DNA of 64,000 nucleotides from an uncultured Chloroflexia bacterium. GTDB taxonomy: Bacteria > Chloroflexota > Chloroflexia > QHBQ01 > JADMIH01. Shown here piece by piece: positions 10,840 to 19,495 of this stretch. A program made the position numbers and the translations under genes. Numbering within the stretch: position 1 is the first letter of the stretch; the number at the start of each line of letters is the position of its first letter. The stretch spans positions 7,099 through 71,098 of the forward strand of contig CAWINE010000013.1 of NCBI GenBank assembly GCA_963837315.1. The letters run 5' to 3'. The notes beneath the pieces were generated by a model. That model was not told the DNA's origin and ran no database searches. It saw only the letters and a list, made by a program, of their open reading frames with translations.

Positions 10840-11634
10840 TTACTGGATCGTGAAGACGACCACGCCGTCCATGCTGCTGCGCAGACCGTGCGCCACCAGC
10901 GAGTAGGTGCCGCTGGGAAGCCCGGATGTATTCAACGTGTAGCTGAACGCGCCGTTACTGTCGGCACTTGTCATACCGTCCAGTGGAATCACGGCTCCAA
11001 CCATGCGCGTATCCGTCTGGCCTAGAGTGTCGCTGGAGACGGTAATCCCGGCTGGGACGTTGATCCAGAGACTGACAGGCTCGTTAGGCTCGTAGGAAGT
11101 AGCGTTGATGGCTAGCATGGTGCCTGCCGTGATGGTCGTTCCCCCGGCAGGCGCGAGAGGTGCAGCCGGTCCGCCGGTGACGGCGAAGTCATACACATCC
11201 TCTTTCGCGGTGCTGAGGCCATGAGCCACCAGTGAATAGCTTCCGGCGGGTAGACCGCTTGTATTGAGAGTGTAGGTAAACGCGCCGTTAGCGTCGGCTC
11301 CTAAGATGTTGTCCAGCGGGATCACCGTCCCGACGACGTGACTATCGGTCTGCCCAAGTGAATAGCCTGGGATTGTGGTTCCGGCAGGAACATTAATCCA
11401 GAAGCTTACCTTCTCGTCAGCGCCGTAAGAGGCACCGGTTACAGTGATTGTAGAGCCCGAGACAACACTTGTGCTACTTCCGGACAGGCTTTGCACCGTA
11501 TAGATATTACCGGTTACGGGTGAGCTTGCGATCAATGTCTGTGCAGATGCGCTTCCAACTCCTGCCAGGTTTGCGACCAGCGCCAGGGCGAGGCCTGTGC
11601 CTGCCACCCAGCGACTTGCTATTTTGCTAAACAT
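10840..11634 (-). CDS. Secreted hypothetical protein with a tandem-duplicated beta-rich domain
   Basis: Signal peptide ending ASA; two copies of E.VS.WINVPAG...LGQTD...VIPLD...AD.NGAF.YTLNTSGLP.G.YSLVAHGL. Confidence 0.8.
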   Translation of the reverse strand: MFSKIASRWVAGTGLALALVANLAGVGSASAQTLIASSPVTGNIYTVQSLSGSSTSVVSGSTITVTGASYGADEKVSFWINVPAGTTIPGYSLGQTDSHVVGTVIPLDNILGADANGAFTYTLNTSGLPAGSYSLVAHGLSTAKEDVYDFAVTGGPAAPLAPAGGTTITAGTMLAINATSYEPNEPVSLWINVPAGITVSSDTLGQTDTRMVGAVIPLDGMTSADSNGAFSYTLNTSGLPSGTYSLVAHGLRSSMDGVVVFTIQ

Positions 11635-11861
11635 TTGTTTGTCTCCTTAAGTCATTTATCGACTCTGTTCTTTTGACGCCGCTAGTCGTTCTTTATCCAT
11701 TTGGGGCGTGCCCATGCTATATCTGATTTCCCTTATTTCCATGTCTGCGATGAGGGGCATAAGGTTATTTACTGGCGACGCCAGAATAACAAAAAGTATG
11801 TGAAGAACTTGCGATGATAGGATTAGAAACGGATTAGAACTGTAACAGGTGCAAAACCATG

Positions 11862-11890
11862 TTGACACCCGGAAGCCCAAAGCTTATAAT
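11862..11890 (+). promoter_or_regulatory. Consensus sigma70 promoter of the pyr operon
   Basis: TTGACA-17 nt-TATAAT, an exact match. Confidence 0.9.
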
Positions 11891-11940
11891 ATTAGGTAGC
11901 TGGAAGCATGGTGCGCCATGCGCGATCCGGCCCGGAACGA

Positions 11941-12034
11941 CCTTTAAAGCCGGCCCAGAGAGGCCGATAAGGTTGGTGTAAAGCATAAGATAGACACAAT
12001 GCCCTGCCAACCTTGCCCTGTGCAAGGTTTTTTT
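11941..12034 (+). promoter_or_regulatory. PyrR-binding attenuator (binding loop, antiterminator, terminator)
   Basis: CCTTTAA..GGCCCAGAGAGGCC..AAGG binding loop; AAGGTTGG (11969) pairs with CCAACCTT (12007); terminator AACCTTGC-CCTGT-GCAAGGTT followed by a T run. Confidence 0.88.
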
Positions 12035-12125
12035 GTAGCCACCGGCTGAGTACAGAGTACCGTTGCCGGTGAAGCAGTAAGCAGGATGCAGTATGCTAAA
12101 CACCGGCCAGGCCCGGAGGACAAAG

Positions 12126-13116
12126 TTGAATATCCCACCAACCCATTACACTCCACCCGCGACCCGGGCAGCGCTGCTCGAATTCATCGCGTTGGAGCGA
12201 AGGGGCCAACGTCGCGAAGGTGAAGGCCGCTCTGTTGCGCACCGCCCAGGATGCGCTCGACGCTGAAGGCTTCACGCAGGTAATGGCTCCCATCCTGACG
12301 GAGCTTTCCGGCGCGTGCGGCGAGCCGGGTACCCTTATCCCGGTCAGCGTGCGTGGACGCCAGGGCTATTTACGCCAGACTTCGCAGCTCCACCTCGAGC
12401 CGCTGATGCGCGAGCTTGGGCGAGTCTACTCGGTAGGAAGCTCGTTCAGGGCTGAGCGCAGGAGCAGCGACCGCCATCTCACCGAGTTCACACTGATAGA
12501 GGCCGAGGCTGCAGACTGGAGCCTCCCCGAGCTTATGTCGCTCATGGAGCAAATGACGGTCAAGATGCTCCACCACGCCGCCACCACCGCGCCCGTCCAG
12601 TTGCGCGCCCTGGGCGCCGACCCCAACGAGATGCTGGCGGTACAGGCCCCTTTCAAGCGGATGACGTATGACGAGGCTATCGTGGCCCTCCAACGAGCCG
12701 GACATTTCATCGAGTGGGGCGAAGACCTCTCCAACCGGCACGAGATTGCGCTGGCCGAGATGGCGGGCGGCCCGCTCTTCGTGACGCGCTACCCGGTCGA
12801 AACTCGCTTCTTCACTATGAAGGTGTGCCGACACGATCCGCGCGTGGTCGAGTGCTGCGACCTGATCCTGCCTGGCGTGGGCGAGGTGATGGGTGCATCC
12901 GAAACCGAGCCGGACGCCGCCCTGCTCGAAGCGCGCATGCACTCATCACGTAACATCCGCCAGATTGTTGACCTGGGCGGCGACGCGAGCGATTACGCCT
13001 GGTACGTCGAAATGCATCGCGCAAGCAGCACCCGCCAGGCAGGCTTCGGTCTTGGCTTCGAGCGCCTCGTGCGCTACGTGTGCAAGCTGGAGACCATACA
13101 GCAGACAGTCAGTTGA
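12126..13116 (+). CDS. AsnRS/AspRS-like class IIb catalytic domain lacking the OB-fold anticodon domain (probable TTG start at 12126, frameshift before 12220)
   Basis: Motif 1 GFTQVMAPIL; YLRQTSQLHLE; motif 2 FRAE..SDRHLTEF; motif 3 GFGLGFERL; GGAGGA RBS at 12115. Confidence 0.88.
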
Positions 13117-13159
13117 ATGCGGAATGCGGAATGCGGAATAGTCTCCGAAATACCTTATA

Positions 13160-14350
13160 ATGCAAAGAAATGAAAACATCGGTAAATCGAGCCTGACTTT
13201 GACAAAATCATTCCGCATTCCGCATTCCACATTCCGCATTCCTTTCTATGATCCCGCCCTCTCCTACCAGCAGAACTACGACCTGGGGCCGTTCGGGGCA
13301 TTCGGAGGGGAGCCCTCGGCTGACGAGGTATCGGCACTCCAATTGCCGGAGAGCGAATGGGCCACAGTGGCGGGGCTTACGGTCAGGAGGCCGGTAGGTA
13401 TTCCGTCGGGGCCGCTGCTCAACGCCAAATTCGTGACGGCGGCCTTCAGGTGGGGATTCGATCTTTGCCATTATAAGACTGTGCGCAGCCGCCAATGGCC
13501 CTCGCACCCTGCCCCCAACGTGCTTCGCGTCGATGCGACTGCGCCGATACCGCCTTCGCAGATTGGGCACGATACCCTCACCGCCCGGCCATTTCATGAA
13601 GGCGAGCCTGTCGACCTTGCGACCCTGAGCATCACCAATTCGTTCGGGATGCCCGCCCAGCCGCCTGACGTGTGGCAGAGCAGACATGGAGCAGGCTGCC
13701 GCGCCGCGCGGGAGGGGCAGGCCCTGATCGCCAGCGTGACCGGCACTGCCGACTCGAACAATGATCCGGCGGCATTTGTGGCCGATCACGCTCGTGCAGC
13801 CGCTATGTGCGCCGAGACGGGCGCGCACGCAATCGAAGTGAACCTGTCATGCCCCAACCTGGGCGGCCACGGCCTCGTATGCCAGGACCCCGAGGCATCG
13901 GCACGGATCTGCAGGGCGGCGAAAGAAGCCATAGGAAACCTCCCTCTATTTGCCAAGCTGGGCAGCTACACGCCGGACGAAGCGGGCGATGCGCTCCTCC
14001 TCAGCATCGTGAAAGCTACCGCGCCCTACATAGCCGGTTACGGCGCGGTAAACGCCGTGCCTGTGCCCATCGCGACCCAGGAAGGCGCGCAGGCGCTGCC
14101 GGGCGTCGGGAGGAACATGGCTGGCGTGTGCGGAACTGCATTGCGCGCCACCGGCCTCGATGTGGTGAGTCGCCTCGCCCGCCTTCGCGCCGCGCACGGC
14201 TACGACTATGCGATTATCGGCGTGGGCGGCATGATCACGCCTGCCGACTACTTCGCCTACCGCCGGGCTGGAGCAGACGCGGTGCAGGGCGCAACCGGGC
14301 CGATGTGGAACCACAGGCTGGCGGTAGAGATTGCACTGGCAGGAAGCTAG
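13160..14350 (+). CDS. pyrD: Atypical dihydroorotate dehydrogenase family protein (FMN TIM barrel)
   Basis: PVGIPSGPLLN, YKTVRS, NSFGMP, EVNLSCPN with catalytic Cys, GVGG; under PyrR control. Confidence 0.8.
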   Translation: MQRNENIGKSSLTLTKSFRIPHSTFRIPFYDPALSYQQNYDLGPFGAFGGEPSADEVSALQLPESEWATVAGLTVRRPVGIPSGPLLNAKFVTAAFRWGFDLCHYKTVRSRQWPSHPAPNVLRVDATAPIPPSQIGHDTLTARPFHEGEPVDLATLSITNSFGMPAQPPDVWQSRHGAGCRAAREGQALIASVTGTADSNNDPAAFVADHARAAAMCAETGAHAIEVNLSCPNLGGHGLVCQDPEASARICRAAKEAIGNLPLFAKLGSYTPDEAGDALLLSIVKATAPYIAGYGAVNAVPVPIATQEGAQALPGVGRNMAGVCGTALRATGLDVVSRLARLRAAHGYDYAIIGVGGMITPADYFAYRRAGADAVQGATGPMWNHRLAVEIALAGS

Positions 14351-14361
14351 GCACTATTCCC

Positions 14362-14724
14362 ATGACCCTCAAATCGCCCGAACTCGCCGAAGCAAGAGCC
14401 AGGCAGACGATACTGGCCGCCCAGGTATTTCTATCAAACGCGAGCGCCATCAGCGACCACTGCAACTGGGCGCAAGAAGATCAGGTAGTTATTGCCGTGG
14501 TAAAACGCGACCTCACCTTCGACGGGGCAATTATCGCGCCCTTGAGCCGGCTACGCGAAGAGGTAATGTCGCGCCTGAATAGCGGCTGGACGCTCGTGTT
14601 TTCTCCCGGCACAACGGAAAGGGATATTGTGGTGCGGTGCGATAAGATGGCACAACTGGCCCAGGCAAGGTTGGATGTGATAAGGCGATGGAGAGACAAA
14701 CGATCTGACCAAAATAATGGATGA
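14362..14724 (+). CDS. Hypothetical 120-aa soluble protein in the pyr operon
   Basis: ATG 11 nt after the pyrD stop; protein-like composition (MTLKSPELAEARARQ...). Confidence 0.65.
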   Translation: MTLKSPELAEARARQTILAAQVFLSNASAISDHCNWAQEDQVVIAVVKRDLTFDGAIIAPLSRLREEVMSRLNSGWTLVFSPGTTERDIVVRCDKMAQLAQARLDVIRRWRDKRSDQNNG

Positions 14725-14767
14725 TAAAGTTGTAGTACAACTTTATCATCCATTATTTTGGTCAGAT
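14703..14767. repeat. Perfect 32-bp-arm palindrome with a 1-nt spacer
   Basis: atctgaccaaaataatggatgataaagttgta-g-tacaactttatcatccattattttggtcagat. Confidence 0.95.
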
Positions 14768-14807
14768 TGAGGTAATTCAGAGTTTCACAAAGAAGGAGAA
14801 AAGCCTG

Positions 14808-16298
14808 ATGCAGATAGATAGCGTCGAAGCGAGCACCGAAGCAACCCTCACCTGGGCCGAGCGCCTGCAGGAGGCCATCGTGAGCCAGCAGAGCATCCTC
14901 TGCGTGGGCCTCGACCCCATCTACGAGAAGATGCCCTCAGAGCGCAAGACGGGCGACGTGGCGGGCGATATATTCGAGTACAACAAAGGCATAATAGATG
15001 GTGCCGCGCCTTTCGCCGCTGCTTTCAAGCCGCAGTACAAGTGCTATTCCGCCGAAGGCGAAGCCGGCATCACGGCCCTGCGCCGCACCTGCGCTTATAT
15101 CAAGGAAAACTACCCGCATATCCCGGTGATCCTGGACGCCAAGTACGCCGATATCGGGCATGTGCTTGAGCGCTGCGCGCACGAGGCGTTTGATATGCTG
15201 GGAGTCGACGCCGTGACCGCCATGCCCGCGCCAGGCCGGCAGGCGTTATCGCCTCTGATTTCGAGGCGAGGTAAGGGCTGTTTTATGGTGGTGCGGACCT
15301 CTAACCCCGGAGCCGGCGAATTGCAGGACATAGAGGTAGAGGGCGGCGAGCCGCTCTATATTGCCATAGCGCGCAAGATAGCCGAAGGCTGGGATCAAGG
15401 CGGAAGCGTGGGGCTGGTCGCCCCCGCCACCGATCCCGCCGTGCTCGCAGCGGTAAGAGAGGCTGCACCTTACTTGCCAATCCTCTGCCCGGGCGTGGGA
15501 GCACAAGGAGGCGACCTTGTCGCGGCTGTGGAGGCAGGGCTGGATGCAAACGGTGCGGGGCTGGTGATCAACGTATCACGAGCGATCATGGAAGCACCTG
15601 ACCCCGGCAAGGCAGCTCGTGAATGGCGCGACCTCATGGAAGCCGCGAGACTGGGGCGGAGCGAAGCGCGAAACGCGAACCATAAATCGGCCCTGGAAGA
15701 AGTGGTGTTAGAAATGTTCAAGATCGGGGCGATACAGTTCAAGCCCGTGACTCTGAAATCGGGGCTGGTGTCGCCCTACTACAACAACCTCAGGCTACTC
15801 TCCTCGTACCCTCGCCTGCTTCGGAAAGTTGCCGCTCTTATGTCAAGCAAGATGGCAGAGGTTTCGCTCAAGCCCGATATCGTGGTGGGCATTGCGATGG
15901 CCGGTATACCGTTGGCGGTGGCGCTTTCGCAATATACAGGTATTCCAGGAGGCTACGTGCGTACCGAGGCCAAAGGGCATGGCACAAAGCAGATGGTGGA
16001 AGGCGTCTGGCCCCAAGGCGCAACGGCGGTGCTTGTGGACGACGTGGTATCGGACGGAGCTAGCAAGCTCGAAGTGATCGGTCATCTCGAAGAGGCGGGC
16101 CTCAAAGCGCAGGACATAGTCGTGCTAGTGGACCGGGGCCAGGGCGGACCTGCCCTCATGGCGCGGCATGGCCTGAAGTGCCACGCGGTCGCCACTATGG
16201 ACCAGGTGCTCGATATTCTCCTGGGGGAAGGGCTTATCACGGAAACTCAGGTGGGAGAATCGCGCAAATTCATGAAGGATGCGCAGGCGCAAAGCTAG
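14808..16298 (+). CDS. pyrF: Bifunctional OMP decarboxylase / orotate phosphoribosyltransferase (PyrF-PyrE fusion)
   Basis: LCVGLDP, ILDAKYADIG, RTSNPG, PGVGAQGG; C-terminal LKSG..SPYY and the PRPP motif LVDDVVSDGAS. Confidence 0.95.
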   Translation: MQIDSVEASTEATLTWAERLQEAIVSQQSILCVGLDPIYEKMPSERKTGDVAGDIFEYNKGIIDGAAPFAAAFKPQYKCYSAEGEAGITALRRTCAYIKENYPHIPVILDAKYADIGHVLERCAHEAFDMLGVDAVTAMPAPGRQALSPLISRRGKGCFMVVRTSNPGAGELQDIEVEGGEPLYIAIARKIAEGWDQGGSVGLVAPATDPAVLAAVREAAPYLPILCPGVGAQGGDLVAAVEAGLDANGAGLVINVSRAIMEAPDPGKAAREWRDLMEAARLGRSEARNANHKSALEEVVLEMFKIGAIQFKPVTLKSGLVSPYYNNLRLLSSYPRLLRKVAALMSSKMAEVSLKPDIVVGIAMAGIPLAVALSQYTGIPGGYVRTEAKGHGTKQMVEGVWPQGATAVLVDDVVSDGASKLEVIGHLEEAGLKAQDIVVLVDRGQGGPALMARHGLKCHAVATMDQVLDILLGEGLITETQVGESRKFMKDAQAQS

Positions 16299-16302
16299 GA
16301 TC

Positions 16303-16356
16303 GTGTAAGCATGAAAAATCGGGCGCGCTTTGCGCGCCATTTTTTCATGCTTACAC
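16303..16356. terminator. Bidirectional terminator between convergent genes
   Basis: gtgtaagcatgaaaaa..ggcgcgc-ttt-gcgcgcc..tttttcatgcttacac. Confidence 0.85.
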
Positions 16357-16360
16357 TAAA

Positions 16361-17200
16361 TCAAAAGATGAACGAGCCGAGAAGGAACCCGCTCACCAGC
16401 AGCAGCACAAGGCCGTTGATGGCGTGCCACCAGCCGAGGTGGCCGAGCAGCCACTGGCTGAGAGGCACAGGGTACTCGCCGCGCAGCACCGAGATCCCGC
16501 CCATGATGGCAGGCACTCCGCGAGCCACGCCATAGACCATGCCAAGGAGCACGGCAGCTTGCAGCGACACCGCGCCCGCGGCGATCTCCCACATGAGCAG
16601 GAGGTAGAAGCCGGCGAACGGGATAAATGTGAAGATGCCCGCGCCCAGCACGATACCGTAAAGAGTGTTGCCCAACACCCTGCTGGGCCGCATCCAGCTT
16701 GCAGGCACCTGCCAGCCGATTTGAAGGGTTCGTATCTTTAGAATATTGAGCTCTTTGAGTGCGAAGATGAGTGCGAACAGACCCAATATGCCTACAGCCC
16801 ACGAGTAGCTGAACCAGGGGAGCAGCGCATGCAGGCCCTGACCTACCCAGCCAAGCAAAAGAGCCAGCAGGGCCGCGCCCACGACCGAGCCGGCGGTGTA
16901 CATGAATACCCGCCAGAGCCAGTTGATTACCTGCGGAGCCGCCTTCCCGAGGGGCACGATCACGAAGATCATGTTGAGCCCTCAGGCAGAAGATGTCTTT
17001 GACAACCCCACAACGAGCGCCAGGCCCATAGCTATCACGAAGGTCAGGCCGGTCCAGGGCCGAGCCACACCATCAATTGTGCCCGCGAGCAGAATGCCCG
17101 CAACCAGCATCAACGACGCCGTAACCAGGATACCCGTAACCCACGCCCGGACCCTGCTCGCGCTGGGCCCACTAGCCTGGTCTGCTACACTATTTGCCAA
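16361..17200 (-). CDS. MauF/DsbD-like membrane protein read through an in-frame UGA (16984-16982); candidate selenoprotein
   Basis: ORFs 16982-17200 and 16361-16972 share a frame: KTSSA-UGA-GLNMIF; QVP..W...YG..LGAG motif; next to mauE. Confidence 0.7.
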
Positions 17201-17281
17201 TCCTAGTCACCCCTTCCGATTGCGGATTGACGGATTGCTTACCTGCTGCTTATTCCGTAATTCGTAATTCGTAATTCGTAA

Positions 17282-17905
17282 TTATCTAAACCCCAGCCCT
17301 CGCAAAGTATTGCGGACTGTCGATACTGCCTGGCCGCCGAACACTATTATTACTACTGTGAAGAACGATAAGAGCACCAAAGGAACGGCAGTGGCTCCGT
17401 CGGGCGGGGAGATCGCGCTGATATGGCGTGCCAGTAAAGGGAGGTTGCCGTTGGTGGCACTATCGAGAGCCGAGTCGAGTGAGAGCCAGCCATCGAAGAG
17501 CAAGACCAGGAGGATGGAGAGCGCCATTAAAAAGACATTACGCACAACGGCCATGGGAGTAAGCTTATCGTCCGAAAGCTTGCCGAAGCAATGACACGAC
17601 TGGTCCTTGCCTCTTGAGAGATCGTAGATAATCAGGACTGTAAAGAGGATAAAAAGGAGAAACGCCCCCACCGCAGCCAGCCGTGTGAGCAGGCCGAATA
17701 TGAGTGCCAGGCCAACCGCCATTTCGAGGGGCGGAAAGACATTAGCGATAAAACGCCCCGAACCCTTCGGCAGGAATAGATACTTACTCATGCCCGCCTC
17801 GGTGCCCGGCTTGTCCACCCATTTGCCGAGGCCCGAAATGATAAATACCCCGCCCACGCAGAGCCGGGCAAAGAGCAAAAGATAGGAAGAGGTAAGAAAG
17901 TCCAT
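17282..17905 (-). CDS. mauE: MauE/DoxX family redox-associated membrane protein
   Basis: F..SG.GK, E...GL.L, SCHCFG, VRN motifs. Confidence 0.85.
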   Translation of the reverse strand: MDFLTSSYLLLFARLCVGGVFIISGLGKWVDKPGTEAGMSKYLFLPKGSGRFIANVFPPLEMAVGLALIFGLLTRLAAVGAFLLFILFTVLIIYDLSRGKDQSCHCFGKLSDDKLTPMAVVRNVFLMALSILLVLLFDGWLSLDSALDSATNGNLPLLARHISAISPPDGATAVPLVLLSFFTVVIIVFGGQAVSTVRNTLRGLGFR

Positions 17906-18055
17906 AGCGAGCACCGAAATACAAAATGCGTGCGTCTAGATGGCCAGGCGATAGAAGGCCGGTAAGCCTGCCCACCCATTATAAGGATGCACCCGCTAAC
18001 ACGTCAAGCGTCGTACGGTGAGGTAAATGTGCAGATTTATGGTGGAGAAGATCTT

Positions 18056-18138
18056 GTAGGGGCAGACCCACGTGTCTGCCCTGGTCGGATAGAGAATCTG
18101 CAACCCCACCAGGGCAGACACGTGGGTCTGCCCCTACA
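18056..18138. repeat. GTAG-type REP inverted pair (REPIN-like)
   Basis: GTAGGGGCAGACCCACGTGTCTGCCCTGG and its reverse complement; further copies near 10744, 23410 and 52402. Confidence 0.88.
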
Positions 18139-18173
18139 CCTCTAATCTGAACTCATACCATCGTGAGGTAACA

Positions 18174-18507
18174 GAGCTGATGCAAAGTCGGTGTACAGAG
18201 TGCCAGGGTTGGCCTTGTCATTCTGAGTGCTGTGCCAACTAATTTATTGGGGGTAAGAGGGCATCTCTTTTGTCATTCCGAGGGGAGCGAGGAATCACTA
18301 TGGGGAGAGGGCGCTTGGATCCAGGCATAGAAGTGCCCATCGGGATTCCTCGCTCCGCTCGGAATGACAAGGCTAAGCTGGCCCTCTTTCCTCGAACGAT
18401 TTGGTACGTATGGTGAGAGTACTGATCTACAGGGCAGTCACGGACGAATCCAGACAAGGGTGTAGTTGGGTGGCTCCTCCCAAGCATTTTCTCGACTTTG
18501 CATCAGC
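18174..18507. mobile_element. Nested inverted-repeat MITE-like element
   Basis: Outer GCTGATGCAAAGTCG / CGACTTTGCATCAGC; inner TGTCATTCCGAG..GGAATC / GATTCC..CTCGGAATGACA. Confidence 0.7.
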
Positions 18508-18781
18508 CCCGATCTGGATAGTCGGAGCACTCGTTGCCCACACTTTTAATCAAATCTTAATAATTCCCACTCGCACTTAAGCCTATTCCAATATGCAGGA
18601 TTTACGATAAGAATGACCGGCATAGTCACCTTTCTTGGCTGGAAAGCTAACGCTCGTGGCATACGGCAGGATAGCCGGGAAGAACGGGATTTCGCGGCAA
18701 CTGGCACGGGGTTTGCATGATTGTTAGTTGCGACGGCTAGATAGATTATGCAGGAAGAGGTCCTGGCGGAGGCAACATGCG

Positions 18782-19432
18782 ATGAAACGAATTACGAGAG
18801 GGGCAGCTCTAGTTTTGATGTTGCCGGTCGTGCTTACAACGTTCTTCACACAACCTGCACAAACTGAAGCAGCCCCCAACGCGACAATCATAAAGGGATT
18901 TCCCTCGGTCCAACAATGGTACAATCTCAGCTGCGAGTATGCGTCTGCTGCAGCGGTTACCCTTTACTGGGGCAACCTTGTGTCCCAAAATACCTTTATC
19001 CGCGAGGTGCCGAGCAGCCCCGACCCACATATCGGCTTCAGAGGCGATATCAACGCGCCGTTCGGCGGGATCGCCGACTACGGGGTGTACGCCGAGCCGC
19101 TGGCTACCGTGCTGCAAAATCACGGATATAATGCCACCGTGTTCTATAACGACCTGGGCAGTCTGAAATCAAATATTGACGCGGGCAACCCGGCGGTAGT
19201 GTGGCTGACAGTCGGCCAGAACGAGGATAGGCCTTCATACTACCATGAACTGGACGGGCAGCGGTTCAAGCTGGTGCCAGGCGAGCACGCCGTGGTAGCT
19301 TACGGGTACGATGACACAGGCATCTACTTGATGGACGTGTCGGATGGCGGTTTTTACCACACCCCGTGGGACTCATTCCTGCGCCGCTGGGGCTATTTCG
19401 ACGATATGACGCTCGTTATCACGCCACAGTAA
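18782..19432 (+). CDS. Secreted C39-like cysteine peptidase
   Basis: Q.YNLSCEYAS, EHAVVAYGYD, MD triad pattern; signal peptide. Confidence 0.85.
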   Translation: MKRITRGAALVLMLPVVLTTFFTQPAQTEAAPNATIIKGFPSVQQWYNLSCEYASAAAVTLYWGNLVSQNTFIREVPSSPDPHIGFRGDINAPFGGIADYGVYAEPLATVLQNHGYNATVFYNDLGSLKSNIDAGNPAVVWLTVGQNEDRPSYYHELDGQRFKLVPGEHAVVAYGYDDTGIYLMDVSDGGFYHTPWDSFLRRWGYFDDMTLVITPQ

Positions 19433-19443
19433 CTATTCGTATA

Positions 19444-19491
19444 TTAAGAAGAACAGGGGAGCTATGGCCATAGCTCCCCTGTTCTTCTTAA
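19444..19491. terminator. 48-bp perfect palindrome / bidirectional terminator
   Basis: ttaagaagaacaggggagctatgg|ccatagctcccctgttcttcttaa between convergent genes. Confidence 0.85.
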
Positions 19492-19495
19492 CAAA

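Noticed and set aside
12126-13116. Calling the gene asnS or epmA
   Set aside because: It lacks the anticodon-binding domain needed for AsnRS and the EpmA LxTSPE signature, and it sits under a PyrR rather than a T-box leader
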